NCBI GenBank assembly: GCA_036266895.1 | Contig: DATAXC010000022.1 | Location: 1-38,180 of the forward strand | Source of the DNA: Gammaproteobacteria bacterium | GTDB taxonomy: Bacteria; Pseudomonadota; Gammaproteobacteria; DSM-16500 | Direction: 5' to 3' | Length of the DNA: 38,180 bases | Shown: positions 1 to 10,111 of the stretch, one piece after another | Numbering within the stretch: the first letter of the stretch is position 1 | Layout of the letters: each line of letters opens with the position of its first letter | Notes under the pieces: model-generated | What the model was told of the DNA's origin: nothing | Databases searched by the model: none | Seen by the model: the letters and a program-made list of their open reading frames with translations, nothing else | Made by a program: the position numbers and the translations under genes

Positions 1-1
1 A

Positions 2-1378
2 ACTGGATTTGGTGCGGGTCAACAACTTATCAATCAAGGTATGCAAAACCAATATCAAAATTATCAAAATCAAATCGCAGCCGCTCAAGCTCAATATGCT
101 AATCCAATGGCTGCGGCGCAATTAGCCTATACACAACAACAAGCTCCGAATATGGCGGCACAAACCCAAGGTATTTTGCAAGGTCAGATACCTGAAGAAC
201 AAGGATTGGGCGCATATTATGGTGCACAGGGTAATTTGGTTTCTGGTAGAACGCCTGCGTTAATTCAACAGGCTAATAATTCTATATATACCAATCCTCT
301 ATTAGCTAATGCACAACAATTACAACAAGCAGCAAATCAAGGGTTAAACCCAACTTTACAACAATTGAATTTACCTAATGTAGCACCGAATGGAACTGTC
401 AATTCTGGCCCCTTAACATCGGCTGGCATTCCGATACCAACACCCAATGGTCAAGTTCCTAGTCAGTTACCAGCTAATAGTGCACCACCACAATCTATTG
501 CCTCACAAGCCGTACAAGCTGCATTTGGGCCAGGATTCATGGGTCAAGGTAATCTAGTTACCTCTAAGGGTGTATATCCTAATCAACCCGGTCAAGCAGA
601 AAATCCAGGGCAACAAGCCAATTATGATTATTTATTTAATCCGTTAGCATTTCAGCAATTACAAGCGGCAGCAAAGACCACGGGTAGCACAGGTGTAGAA
701 ACTTATAATGATTTGTTAAAAAACAGTTCTGACCAATCCCAACAGGCCAATTTATTAGCGAATGCTTCTGACCAATATCTTTCTAATTATAATCGTTCTA
801 CCTATAAAGGAAGTTTGCTAGGCAATATTCCAGTACGTGGGGAGCACTCTTGGGCCGCTCCTGGCGATCTATCCCCAGAACAAGAAACTGATGCAGCGGC
901 AACTAATCTCGGCGCATTAGTTGCAAAAACTTACTTTCCAGGTCGTGTGACTAATACTGATATGCAATATGTGCAGACCATGAAGCCTGGACGCAATGTT
1001 GATCAAAGTGCGGCCAATGACATGGCATATTCTGTCAAAGCAGTAGCACAGCGCGCACAAGAATATCCTTCATTTTTAAATGCTGCAAAATCTGATGGAG
1101 TTGACCCACAAACCGCACAAACATTATGGACTCAATATATCAATCAACGGCCAGTCTTTGATTATCAAAATCATCAAGTTAGAAGAAACTTTTTAGGTTC
1201 TTATAATGACTTCTTAAATCCTAAAGCGATACAAGCCGCGCAAAGTGGAGCCACCTATGTTCCTAAACCTACCTTTGATAATCGTGCGCAAGCTGCGACC
1301 TGGTATCAAGGCTTAACCCCACAACAACAACAATATGTCACTTCTACGTATGGCTCAAAAGCAGGGGGGCGACAATGA
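2..1378 (+). CDS. DNA ejection/transfer protein (P22 gp20-like position), 5'-truncated
   Basis: Frame is open from base 2 (TGFGAGQQLINQG-M41). Gln/Ala/Asn-rich, with a C-terminal G-x-V-T-N-x-D...KPG motif typical of podophage ejection proteins. Confidence 0.65.
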   Translation, partial: TGFGAGQQLINQGMQNQYQNYQNQIAAAQAQYANPMAAAQLAYTQQQAPNMAAQTQGILQGQIPEEQGLGAYYGAQGNLVSGRTPALIQQANNSIYTNPLLANAQQLQQAANQGLNPTLQQLNLPNVAPNGTVNSGPLTSAGIPIPTPNGQVPSQLPANSAPPQSIASQAVQAAFGPGFMGQGNLVTSKGVYPNQPGQAENPGQQANYDYLFNPLAFQQLQAAAKTTGSTGVETYNDLLKNSSDQSQQANLLANASDQYLSNYNRSTYKGSLLGNIPVRGEHSWAAPGDLSPEQETDAAATNLGALVAKTYFPGRVTNTDMQYVQTMKPGRNVDQSAANDMAYSVKAVAQRAQEYPSFLNAAKSDGVDPQTAQTLWTQYINQRPVFDYQNHQVRRNFLGSYNDFLNPKAIQAAQSGATYVPKPTFDNRAQAATWYQGLTPQQQQYVTSTYGSKAGGRQ

Positions 1379-3033
1379 CCTATGAAATGACACCTGATGA
1401 CATTCAACAGTTTAATCAAAATCTTGCAACCAGTAATAATAATGCACCATCACAACCGCCATTTGATCAAAGATTCGCGACAGCCGCTGCCAAAGGTTTT
1501 GGTAATAACATTATAAATTCAGTTGATATGCTGCCTGGTGTGAATATTCCAACATTTCAGCAACAACCTGATCTTGCCTCCAAAGCAGGAAATATTGCTG
1601 GAAATATTGGGGGATTCGTTGCCGGTGGTGAAGGATTGCGCGGTATTGGTTTAGCTGCTGAAGGACTGCCTTATTTAGGTGATGCTGCAAGTTATCTAGC
1701 AAATTCTAAATTAGGTCAACAAGTCGGTCGTACCGCTTATTCAGGTCTATATGGTGCATCACAAGACACTAATAATAGATTAGCAGGATTAGGTGCAGGA
1801 TTAGGTTTTGGAACACTTAGCGAAGCATTACCTTACGCTATACAAGGCGTTAGCGGTCTTGCCGATAAATATTTCGGCGCTAATGATATAAAAAATCAAA
1901 TCGTTAATGGAATCAGTCAAGGAAATTCCTTAGAAGATAACAGCAAAAATTTCGCACAAACCGTATTTAAAACTGCAAATGATGCATATGATCAAGGACA
2001 AAAACAATTCCAGGATGTATTCGATCAAGTCCCCAACGAAAGTATTTATTCTCCCGGTCAAGCACCACAATATGCGAATTTTACTCCAAAAAAAGGGGTG
2101 GCATATCTCACTGGAGGTCAAATCTCTGGAAATAATGCGCTTCCTCAAAATGTTTTAAATTCTGCACTTTCAAATAGTAAAGTAAGTTCATTGCACAACA
2201 ATTTTATGAATAATCCCACTTTACAAAATGCTCATCTGCTTCAATCTCAGATGGGTGCGCGTATGCGTGCAATCGATAACGGTAATACATCTGATGTTAT
2301 ATCTTCTAATGAAAGAGATTCTTTACAACAGGCGCAGTCCGCCTTACGTAGTGATATGGGAACTTATCTTGGCGCACAAGGTAATCAGGGGCTTGCTCAA
2401 GATTATCAAGCAGCCCAAGCCAACTGGAAGAATAATGTCGTTCCCTGGACTGAAAATGATGTATTTAAAAATATGGCTACGCCTTTATATGGTCCACCAG
2501 GCAATATCGTAGCAAAAGGTAAAGTTCCGACAGATGATAATCCAGGTAACTTATCCACTTTATTTAAAAATCCGACTTCTCAAACTCAGCAATTGTTGAG
2601 TAATTTGCCGCCTTCTGCATCCGATAGTATTTTGTATTCTCAGCTCGGAAAGCAAAGTGCACAGGCAACCCCAGAATCATTACTAGCCGCTAAAGCAAAA
2701 TTAGATGAACAAGGATTAGGTTCGTTTTTATCTCCAGAACGTCAAGCACAATTCGGTCAATTACAAAATGCAGTTAATCGTCAGAACTTAGCTAAAACCG
2801 TTGTTTCAACCGTCGGTGGTGGTGTGCTGGGTTCACTTCTCGGCGGTGGAGAAGAAGCAGGGGGCGCTATCGGAAGTATCTTGGGCCACCAGTTGGCACC
2901 TATGCTATTTAAAAGTAGACCTTCTACTAGTCAAGCATTAGCGCAAACCCACGTTGGACAAAAAGTTTACAACTCAATTCCATATTTACGTCAAGCCTTT
3001 CTCGCATCCAAATTAGGGAATTACAGCCAATGA
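1375..3033 (+). CDS. DNA ejection/transfer protein (gp16-like position)
   Basis: 552 aa, Gly/Ala-rich glycine-zipper-like hydrophobic segments near both ends; ATGA overlaps with both neighbours. Confidence 0.6.
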   Translation: MTYEMTPDDIQQFNQNLATSNNNAPSQPPFDQRFATAAAKGFGNNIINSVDMLPGVNIPTFQQQPDLASKAGNIAGNIGGFVAGGEGLRGIGLAAEGLPYLGDAASYLANSKLGQQVGRTAYSGLYGASQDTNNRLAGLGAGLGFGTLSEALPYAIQGVSGLADKYFGANDIKNQIVNGISQGNSLEDNSKNFAQTVFKTANDAYDQGQKQFQDVFDQVPNESIYSPGQAPQYANFTPKKGVAYLTGGQISGNNALPQNVLNSALSNSKVSSLHNNFMNNPTLQNAHLLQSQMGARMRAIDNGNTSDVISSNERDSLQQAQSALRSDMGTYLGAQGNQGLAQDYQAAQANWKNNVVPWTENDVFKNMATPLYGPPGNIVAKGKVPTDDNPGNLSTLFKNPTSQTQQLLSNLPPSASDSILYSQLGKQSAQATPESLLAAKAKLDEQGLGSFLSPERQAQFGQLQNAVNRQNLAKTVVSTVGGGVLGSLLGGGEEAGGAIGSILGHQLAPMLFKSRPSTSQALAQTHVGQKVYNSIPYLRQAFLASKLGNYSQ

Positions 3034-5597
3034 CATCACCCATTACACCTTATAATCCAGCACAATTTGTCTTAATGACACCGATGTGGGAAGTATTCAC
3101 CGATAAAGATACGCTGGATTTTCTTGCAGGTGGCTATGCATTGTTCTTTGAAGATAATGACCGTGCGAATTATAAGGTAGTATATGAACTTGTAGATACT
3201 GGTGGGGGTTATCCTAATTATGGGTATCAACCCTACGGATTTCTAAACGGCTCCAATCAATGGCAAGTCAACTTAAACGCACAAGGCGCATTTGATCAAG
3301 TTGTTTACGGATTTATTGAAGATACTGACGGCAACCCACAACAATACTTTGTGCAATTTTATAATTCTGCGGGTGTCTTTCAGTTTTCTCGTGAAGCTTG
3401 GCCCAATATTGATATCGGAACGACTCCGTCTGGCACTGCAGTAAGTGAAAACTTTGTTCCTAATCCGCAATTTATTTTACATACCAACGTCCCTAATCCA
3501 TTTACCGCAGGGAGTGTGGTCGGTCAATTAACACAACAAGTTACCAATATTGCCTATGGTGGGTGGACATTTGAACGTGCGTCAAATGCAAGTACCGATA
3601 TTGTTTTATTTCCTCGCATTGGAAGTTTTATAACACCTCCTCCTGATGGTAATCCTCGCTATGGTGTTAATATTATTTGTACGTCACCCGCAGGACAGGC
3701 AAAATTTTTAGGGTTGAAATTTAGTGATGTGAATAAATTTGCAACAACCAACGCAACTCCAACACCACCGGATTCCAACGCTTATACATTTGCATTTACT
3801 GCAATTAACAACGGAAGTGGAACGATACCGCTGGTGCTGGAGCTTATAAGATTTTTTGGAACTGGCGGTTCGCCGAATGCAACATTAACTACTACGCTTA
3901 CCACATTTACGATAACAACAAGTTACCCATCGACTTATTTTACTTTTAGTTTTGATTTTCCATCGAACTCCGGCCTTAACATTGGAACTAATGATGATGA
4001 TTATGTTCAATTAGCATTAGCTCCTCCTCCTGGATCATCCTATAACATTACTCTAAATAATTTTATTTTGACGCCAGGAATCGTCGATAACCCTGCATTT
4101 CCTCAAGAGCCAGATAGCATTTATGTTTATCGCTCATTGTTTAATAGTGGGCGTGGAGCTTTTCCGACCAGTCTTCCTGATTACAATTCATTAAATTTAG
4201 GAATGCCTTTAATTCTTGGCGTAACGGGTGTGACTTATGATTTATCTTCCATCGGTGAAATTCATATAACCATGATATCTACACCAGGGTTTGGTGAATT
4301 AGTTTGTGATGGAAGTGTCTCATATGACACGACATTGTATTCCTCTGATGGAATTCCCTATTCGCGATTGGGTTCAAAGATATTTAATAACTCACTCAAT
4401 TGCCCATTATTCGGCACTGGGCCAGGGTTTGTGACTACCAATATAAATTCAACTGGTAGCACGATGCGTCTTGTAAATAATTCTGCAGGACCCATTACAA
4501 CGACTGCTGATGGCACAACGCCTACCGGATTTTCTTTCCATCCTTGCCATACTGGAGTTATCCAAAGTTCTGTAGGCGTATTGGGTCATTATGCTAATAC
4601 GAATTTGCTATACATGATTAATTCTTTACAAGGATTAACGCTTGGGCCTTCTGGTGATAATGAAGAAATCATCGGTATTGAATCCGGAACTTCAGGATTT
4701 ACGACATTTAATTATGTTAATACTCAATATACGCGATCGTTTTATGGAGTAGCAACAACTGCGTCATCTGCGATCTCGCCTGGGACATGGTTTAGATTCT
4801 ATACAATGCCAGTCTCATCGGTGATGGCTTTCTACGTATGGTTTACCGTTGATGGTACAGGTTCTGATCCTGCACCGGGTGGGATTGGTATTCCTGTCGC
4901 ACTTTATAATTCTACTTTTGCGATGACCGCCGATGATGTTGCGCAAGCGATTGCAGAAGCAGTGAGTGGTTATCAGAATTCATTTATAACTACGCTCGCT
5001 GGGTCAGCAATAACTGCTGGTTCCTATTTCACTTTTAGTTCATCGATCAAAGATTATTACGCGTGGTATTCAGTAAATGGATCAGGGACGGATCCAATGC
5101 CCGCAGATAAAATCGGGATACAAGTTCCTATTCTATCATCAGATTCAGATTCAATGGTTGCAACTAAAACTCAAATTGCACTCAATTCTAGATATTTTGC
5201 CGCGCCAGATATTCGCGGATTTACTATGCGATTCTGGTCGAATGGCTTGGGCAATTTAGATTTAGACCAAGCAACTCGATGGTCTACTAATTCAATAATT
5301 ATTGGCGATGTTCTCGGTACTTATGAGTGGTATGACGTTCAAGCACATAATCATCAAGTAGGGGCTTTTAATGACGGTCTTCCTACTAAAGCGAATGGGC
5401 CAGTGCATCCTATACCACCTCCTGGTGATTTATCTGCTACGGATACAAGTACAGCAAACGATTTTAATTCTGGATTCGACCCTGACTCTCCAGAGTGGGG
5501 ATATTCCGGTTATTCCAATGGTTCTAACAATGGTGGAACACCTGGAACAGAAACACGTGCAGTAAATATATATGTCAATGGATTTATTAAATATTAG
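3030..5597 (+). CDS. Tail fibre/spike with N-terminal head-binding-like domain and interrupted tail-collar domain
   Basis: N-term FTDKDTLDFLAGGYALFF; collar-like motifs IGEI...LVCDG...YSRL and APDIRGF...QAHNH...ETRAVNIYVNGFIKY. Confidence 0.8.
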   Translation: MTSPITPYNPAQFVLMTPMWEVFTDKDTLDFLAGGYALFFEDNDRANYKVVYELVDTGGGYPNYGYQPYGFLNGSNQWQVNLNAQGAFDQVVYGFIEDTDGNPQQYFVQFYNSAGVFQFSREAWPNIDIGTTPSGTAVSENFVPNPQFILHTNVPNPFTAGSVVGQLTQQVTNIAYGGWTFERASNASTDIVLFPRIGSFITPPPDGNPRYGVNIICTSPAGQAKFLGLKFSDVNKFATTNATPTPPDSNAYTFAFTAINNGSGTIPLVLELIRFFGTGGSPNATLTTTLTTFTITTSYPSTYFTFSFDFPSNSGLNIGTNDDDYVQLALAPPPGSSYNITLNNFILTPGIVDNPAFPQEPDSIYVYRSLFNSGRGAFPTSLPDYNSLNLGMPLILGVTGVTYDLSSIGEIHITMISTPGFGELVCDGSVSYDTTLYSSDGIPYSRLGSKIFNNSLNCPLFGTGPGFVTTNINSTGSTMRLVNNSAGPITTTADGTTPTGFSFHPCHTGVIQSSVGVLGHYANTNLLYMINSLQGLTLGPSGDNEEIIGIESGTSGFTTFNYVNTQYTRSFYGVATTASSAISPGTWFRFYTMPVSSVMAFYVWFTVDGTGSDPAPGGIGIPVALYNSTFAMTADDVAQAIAEAVSGYQNSFITTLAGSAITAGSYFTFSSSIKDYYAWYSVNGSGTDPMPADKIGIQVPILSSDSDSMVATKTQIALNSRYFAAPDIRGFTMRFWSNGLGNLDLDQATRWSTNSIIIGDVLGTYEWYDVQAHNHQVGAFNDGLPTKANGPVHPIPPPGDLSATDTSTANDFNSGFDPDSPEWGYSGYSNGSNNGGTPGTETRAVNIYVNGFIKY

Positions 5598-5603
5598 AGG
5601 TTA

Positions 5604-5954
5604 ATGATGAGCAATAGATTATTGGTCGTAAAAGACGTTAATGGAAATGTTATTTATGGTTTACCATTTGCAACCGATGGTTATGAAACCACATTAGCTG
5701 CAAATACTGAACAGCACGTTACAGTTCCGAATGATGCACAAATTGCAGTATTTTCTTATACCGGCGGTGTTGATGTATTTGTTGACCCTGCGACAACAGC
5801 AACATTACCGTCTAGTTCATTTGCACCCACTACTGCTGATTTAAATCCTGTGATGCGACTTGTAACTCCTGGTACCACTTTATCTTTTATAAGTGCAGGC
5901 ACTCCGTACGTAAAAGTTTCTTTTTATACTTTATTAGCCCCGGGTCTGGTATGA
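5604..5954 (+). CDS. Small beta-rich virion/tail-associated protein
   Basis: GAGG RBS, Thr/Ala/Val-rich, between the two fibre genes. Confidence 0.55.
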   Translation: MMSNRLLVVKDVNGNVIYGLPFATDGYETTLAANTEQHVTVPNDAQIAVFSYTGGVDVFVDPATTATLPSSSFAPTTADLNPVMRLVTPGTTLSFISAGTPYVKVSFYTLLAPGLV

Positions 5955-6136
5955 GCGATCAAAGTTATATCGGCAAATTTAATATTATCGTTGAGCAACC
6001 TTATGCCAATAAATTATATGCGGAAAATAACAGCGGGGGATCACCTCAACCACCACCGGGAGATGGATTTTTAATTCAAGACAATGGGTTCGATATTATA
6101 CAAGACAATGGTTTTTCACTTTTATATATAGCATGA
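5951..6136 (+). CDS. Small tail-associated hypothetical protein
   Basis: ATGA overlap; tandem IQDNGF repeat. Confidence 0.5.
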   Translation: MSDQSYIGKFNIIVEQPYANKLYAENNSGGSPQPPPGDGFLIQDNGFDIIQDNGFSLLYIA

Positions 6137-6144
6137 GGTTTTAA

Positions 6145-8151
6145 ATGGCCGCACCAAGTACGATTACAAATTTACCCACAGGTACTCCTTCATTAACCGA
6201 TAATGTTGTATTTGATACAACGGGTGGTGGACAAACTCAACATTGCACACGTCAGACTGAAATAAATTTCATCATAACGCAATTGCCCGCGGCTTCGTTG
6301 ACTGCAACTGAAGTTGGATTTGGAAGCGGATCAAATACTCTTACGGGAGATACATCGTTTACTTATACAGTTGCCTCACATACGCTCGCCATCAGTGGAG
6401 CGACTGCAAAAATAAATCTAGTAGACTCATTAAGTAATACTTTTATCGGAGAAAATCAGAGTGGCTCTTTATCAACTTCAGCTTTCAATGTTGGAGTAGG
6501 CTTTGATGCAGGAAGAGATTTGACCACTGGAATGCATAATGTTTTTATGGGATATGCGGCAGGGGCAACTGCTGCTGGTGCAAGTGGATGTACATTTATA
6601 GGATATGAAGCGGGTGGTTTAAATATTTCAGGAAGCAATTGCACCTATATAGGTTCTGTGTGTGGAACGATCGCGACCGCACAAAATAATACCGGGGTTG
6701 GTTCGGGCGTTTTAACTAATTTAACTTCAGGTACCGATAATACAGTGGTAGGAACTCTCGCTGCCGATGTTCTAATTAGCGGATCACAAAATTGTATTTT
6801 CGGATCAGGTGCATATCAGGCATCTAGCACCGGAAATAATTCATGTGCATTTGGATACCAAGCGCTTAATCAAGATACAGTCGATGGAAACGTAGGAATA
6901 GGATTCCAAGCCGGCAAAAACAATAGCGGTGGCACGGGACATGTTTTTGTAGGTTTTGAAGCCGGTCTTACCAATACGAATAATATCAATTGCACTTATA
7001 TTGGCTATCAGGCTGGAACATTAGCCGCTGCCGATAATTGCACAATAATTGGTGCCTTGGCTGGGGCCGCGGCGATTGCAGGTTCTTATAATACATTCGT
7101 CGGAATGTCGGCAGGAAATGCTACTGTTAACGGCACTCAAAACGTTTTTGTAGGGGCAAATTCTGGACTCTCAAATACTGACGGAAGTAATCTAACATTT
7201 ATTGGTTACGATTCTGGTTTTTCTAATATTAACGGAACCCATAATACTTTTGTTGGGTGGGCGAGTGGAACTTCTAATATTGACGGAAGCACAAACACTT
7301 TTATAGGTGATTCTTGTGGAGAATTTACTGATCATGGAAGTGGTAATACTGCAGTTGGCTTTGAAGCTTTGCAGGATAATACGGGTGGGAGCAATAATTG
7401 TGCATTTGGTTCCGGAGCCGGTAATGGAAATACTGCAGATGGATGCGTATTTATAGGCGCTTCCGCCGGAAATGGTAGCAATACAGGTACGGCTAACACT
7501 TTTGTAGGTACAAGTGCAGGGCAAAATAATACTAGTGGTATAGATAGCACTTTTATAGGAAATATTGCGGGTCAATTAAATGAAGATGGAAATAGTAATA
7601 CATTTGTCGGATATGGTGCTGGCGGTGTAAACGTTTCAGGTAGTAGCAATACATGCGTCGGGACTTTAGCAGGTAGAAATTTACTGAGCGATGAAAATTC
7701 TCTATTCGGAACCGGTGCTGGCGCAAATTTAACGAGTGGCACTAGAAATACTTTGATTGGTTATGCATCCGATGGAAGCGAGCAGGGTGGAAGCAATAAT
7801 TGCATGTTGGGCTATCAAACTGGTATCGATTTAGTTGGCGCTTCTCAAAATGTCATGATGGGTTCTAATTGTGGGTCAGGATTAACCGGCGCAAGTAATG
7901 ATAATGTATTACTAGGTTATAACATTATGCCTTCAGTGGCTGCTACTACTTATACCAATATAGTTGCTTTAGGCGCGAATATCTCATTGACCGCGGGTAG
8001 TACATTTTATTTGGGATCATCAACTAATCCATTGGGTACCGCATCAAGTGCAACGACTGGTTCAGCGTCTGCATTACCAGCTTTACCTTCCATTTATATA
8101 CCTATAATTTATAACGGAACGTCTTACAAAATTGCTTTATATAACCCTTAA
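6145..8151 (+). CDS. Second tail fibre/adhesin with ~14-aa N-T-x-hydrophobic-G-x-x-A-G beta-solenoid repeats
   Basis: Dozens of tandem NTFVG..AG repeats; C-term ALPALPSIYIPIIYNGTSYKIALY. Confidence 0.8.
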   Translation: MAAPSTITNLPTGTPSLTDNVVFDTTGGGQTQHCTRQTEINFIITQLPAASLTATEVGFGSGSNTLTGDTSFTYTVASHTLAISGATAKINLVDSLSNTFIGENQSGSLSTSAFNVGVGFDAGRDLTTGMHNVFMGYAAGATAAGASGCTFIGYEAGGLNISGSNCTYIGSVCGTIATAQNNTGVGSGVLTNLTSGTDNTVVGTLAADVLISGSQNCIFGSGAYQASSTGNNSCAFGYQALNQDTVDGNVGIGFQAGKNNSGGTGHVFVGFEAGLTNTNNINCTYIGYQAGTLAAADNCTIIGALAGAAAIAGSYNTFVGMSAGNATVNGTQNVFVGANSGLSNTDGSNLTFIGYDSGFSNINGTHNTFVGWASGTSNIDGSTNTFIGDSCGEFTDHGSGNTAVGFEALQDNTGGSNNCAFGSGAGNGNTADGCVFIGASAGNGSNTGTANTFVGTSAGQNNTSGIDSTFIGNIAGQLNEDGNSNTFVGYGAGGVNVSGSSNTCVGTLAGRNLLSDENSLFGTGAGANLTSGTRNTLIGYASDGSEQGGSNNCMLGYQTGIDLVGASQNVMMGSNCGSGLTGASNDNVLLGYNIMPSVAATTYTNIVALGANISLTAGSTFYLGSSTNPLGTASSATTGSASALPALPSIYIPIIYNGTSYKIALYNP

Positions 8152-8174
8152 TTTTTAACTCAGGAGATATACAA

Positions 8175-8570
8175 ATGACGACCACCGGCAATTTGCCTAT
8201 TCTTAATCAGCAACCTAGCTTGCTGCCAATAACATCCCTTGTTGGAACATCTGTTAATTACGCAAATGTTATTAACGAAACTTTTACTGCCGCTAATCAA
8301 ATTATCGGACAGATGTTTAATCGCTCCAACGCAACAGTTGCAATGACTGATGCATTACCCGTCCCAAATGTTAGTAATGGTGGAATTGGCCCGCTTCCTA
8401 ATGGTTGGAACATCAGGATCAATAATATTGATGCTTCTGCAGCAATTACGTTAACCCCTATTTCACCTGCCACTATTAATGGTTCTTCATCATTGAGCAT
8501 AGCCGCAGGACATACCTCAACCATTATTACTGACGGAACTAATTATTTCACGCTTCGTAACCCGGCTTAA
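8175..8570 (+). CDS. Virion accessory protein, one copy of a beta-rich domain
   Basis: AGGAG RBS; RSNATVAMTDALP...TINGSSS...TIITDGTNYF is paralogous to the next gene. Confidence 0.7.
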   Translation: MTTTGNLPILNQQPSLLPITSLVGTSVNYANVINETFTAANQIIGQMFNRSNATVAMTDALPVPNVSNGGIGPLPNGWNIRINNIDASAAITLTPISPATINGSSSLSIAAGHTSTIITDGTNYFTLRNPA

Positions 8571-8596
8571 TTTATTTTTAACTAGGAGATATATAC

Positions 8597-9277
8597 ATGA
8601 CAACTTACGTAACACAGACCCCAGGATTATACAATACTTCTAATTATACTTATGGATGGAAATCTAATACTGCTATCGTTGGAACAAGCATTTCTTATAC
8701 CTATTCACAAGCAGGTCAAAGAATACTTCGCTCTAATGCCGGTACCGCAATGTCAGATACTTTGCCTTTAATTTCTAATACTTCTGGGGACAATATTCCC
8801 AGCGCAATATGGAATGGCGGCTTTATTGAAATTCAGAATAATGACGTCACTACATTAATCCTGACTGCTGCCACTGGCAATACTGTTGCCGGCGTGGCTG
8901 CGGTTTCAATTCCACCGGGACAGTTGGTGCAGTTTTATTCTGATGGTGTAACCACCGATTGGAAAGTTTTGTTACAGGGCGCATCTAATTTGATCACCGT
9001 TTCTTCTGGTGCTGCTATTAACTTAGCTGCATGGGGTAACAATGCAAGATTTTTACGTTCTGATGCTACAGTTGCAATGACCGATACATTACCAAATGCA
9101 AATACGCTACCTTTGAATTGGTCAATTTTCATTCGCAATAATGATGCATCCGCGACCGATACTATTACTCCCGTTACCTCAACGATCAATGGCTCATCAA
9201 CATTTGCTTTAGCTGCCGGAAAAAGCACGACAATTTACACCGACGGTGCAAATTACTTTGCTAATACTGCTGAATAA
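8597..9277 (+). CDS. Virion accessory protein, two tandem copies of the same domain
   Basis: RSNAGTAMSDTLP and RSDATVAMTDTLP...TINGSST...TIYTDGANYF. Confidence 0.7.
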   Translation: MTTYVTQTPGLYNTSNYTYGWKSNTAIVGTSISYTYSQAGQRILRSNAGTAMSDTLPLISNTSGDNIPSAIWNGGFIEIQNNDVTTLILTAATGNTVAGVAAVSIPPGQLVQFYSDGVTTDWKVLLQGASNLITVSSGAAINLAAWGNNARFLRSDATVAMTDTLPNANTLPLNWSIFIRNNDASATDTITPVTSTINGSSTFALAAGKSTTIYTDGANYFANTAE

Positions 9278-9282
9278 TAGCG

Positions 9283-9588
9283 GTGGATATAACGGATAAA
9301 GTAATTGATCTACATGAAAAGGTTTCAGAACTACGGGGGATGCTCGTAGTTCTGATGCAGCAGGTATCTTCAATCAATAAAACCTTCGATGATGATAAAA
9401 AGCGCATCGATATTATTGATGTTCGGGTTAAAGAACTGGAAGATTACCGAAAGCGGGCCAATACTTTGATCAATGCCATTGTGGTATTCTTTAGTAAATG
9501 GCAAGTATGGGCTATGCTATTTTTTGTATATGCTAGTATTGACCGCGATCATCTTTTATTAATGATTAAGCAATTATTGCCAGCCTAA
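9283..9588 (+). CDS. Putative holin-like protein (coiled coil plus C-terminal hydrophobic segment)
   Basis: GTG start; heptad pattern followed by LINAIVVFFSKWQVWAMLFFVYA; directly upstream of the endolysin. Confidence 0.45.
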   Translation: MDITDKVIDLHEKVSELRGMLVVLMQQVSSINKTFDDDKKRIDIIDVRVKELEDYRKRANTLINAIVVFFSKWQVWAMLFFVYASIDRDHLLLMIKQLLPA

Positions 9589-9595
9589 GGATATA

Positions 9596-10036
9596 ATGCT
9601 TACAATTTTGCCATCGACATTGCAAAAGCTAATCGATCGTATAAAAATCGAGGAAGGATTTCGATCGCATGCATATAAAGATACTTCCGGAATTCTTACC
9701 ATTGGTTATGGGCATAATCTAGAAGCCAAAGGCATATCTTCTGCTGCTGCCAATTTTATTCTGATAGAAGATATTAACTACGCTGAAAATTATCTGATTA
9801 ATACCTATCCGATATACTTGAAGCAATCGGATGTTAGAAAAGCAGTATTAATTGATATGGCTTTTAATTTAGGAATGAAATTAGTTAGCTTTCAAATGTT
9901 TTGGAGATATCTCGCAGCAGAAATGTACGCAGAAGCTGCAAAAGAAATGCTTGAGAGCTTATGGGCCAAAGAGGTTGGAAATAGGGCGCAGATATTATCA
10001 TTCATGATGCGAGAAAATAGCTGGCCTTCGCTTTAG
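9596..10036 (+). CDS. Endolysin, T4-lysozyme-like (GH24) muramidase
   Basis: EEGFRSHAYKDTSGILTIGYGHNL with E-D-T triad; VLIDMAFNLG; AAKEMLESLWAKEVGNRA. Confidence 0.93.
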   Translation: MLTILPSTLQKLIDRIKIEEGFRSHAYKDTSGILTIGYGHNLEAKGISSAAANFILIEDINYAENYLINTYPIYLKQSDVRKAVLIDMAFNLGMKLVSFQMFWRYLAAEMYAEAAKEMLESLWAKEVGNRAQILSFMMRENSWPSL

Positions 10037-10111
10037 AGGAGGCACAAGATATATCGCCTATTTCGCTTCCAAAAATAAGACAATGGTTATCTTGTGCCAT
10101 ATCAGACTTAC

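Noticed and set aside
1511-9228. Antisense and alternate-frame ORFs inside structural genes (e.g. 1930-2148, 7192-7575, 8935-9228)
   Set aside because: Shadow ORFs of long, well-supported plus-strand genes, with no RBS or motifs
3030-9277. Diversity-generating retroelement or invertible tail-fibre system
   Set aside because: No reverse transcriptase or invertase, and no near-identical TR/VR pair with adenine-specific differences seen; repeats are diverged and protein-level
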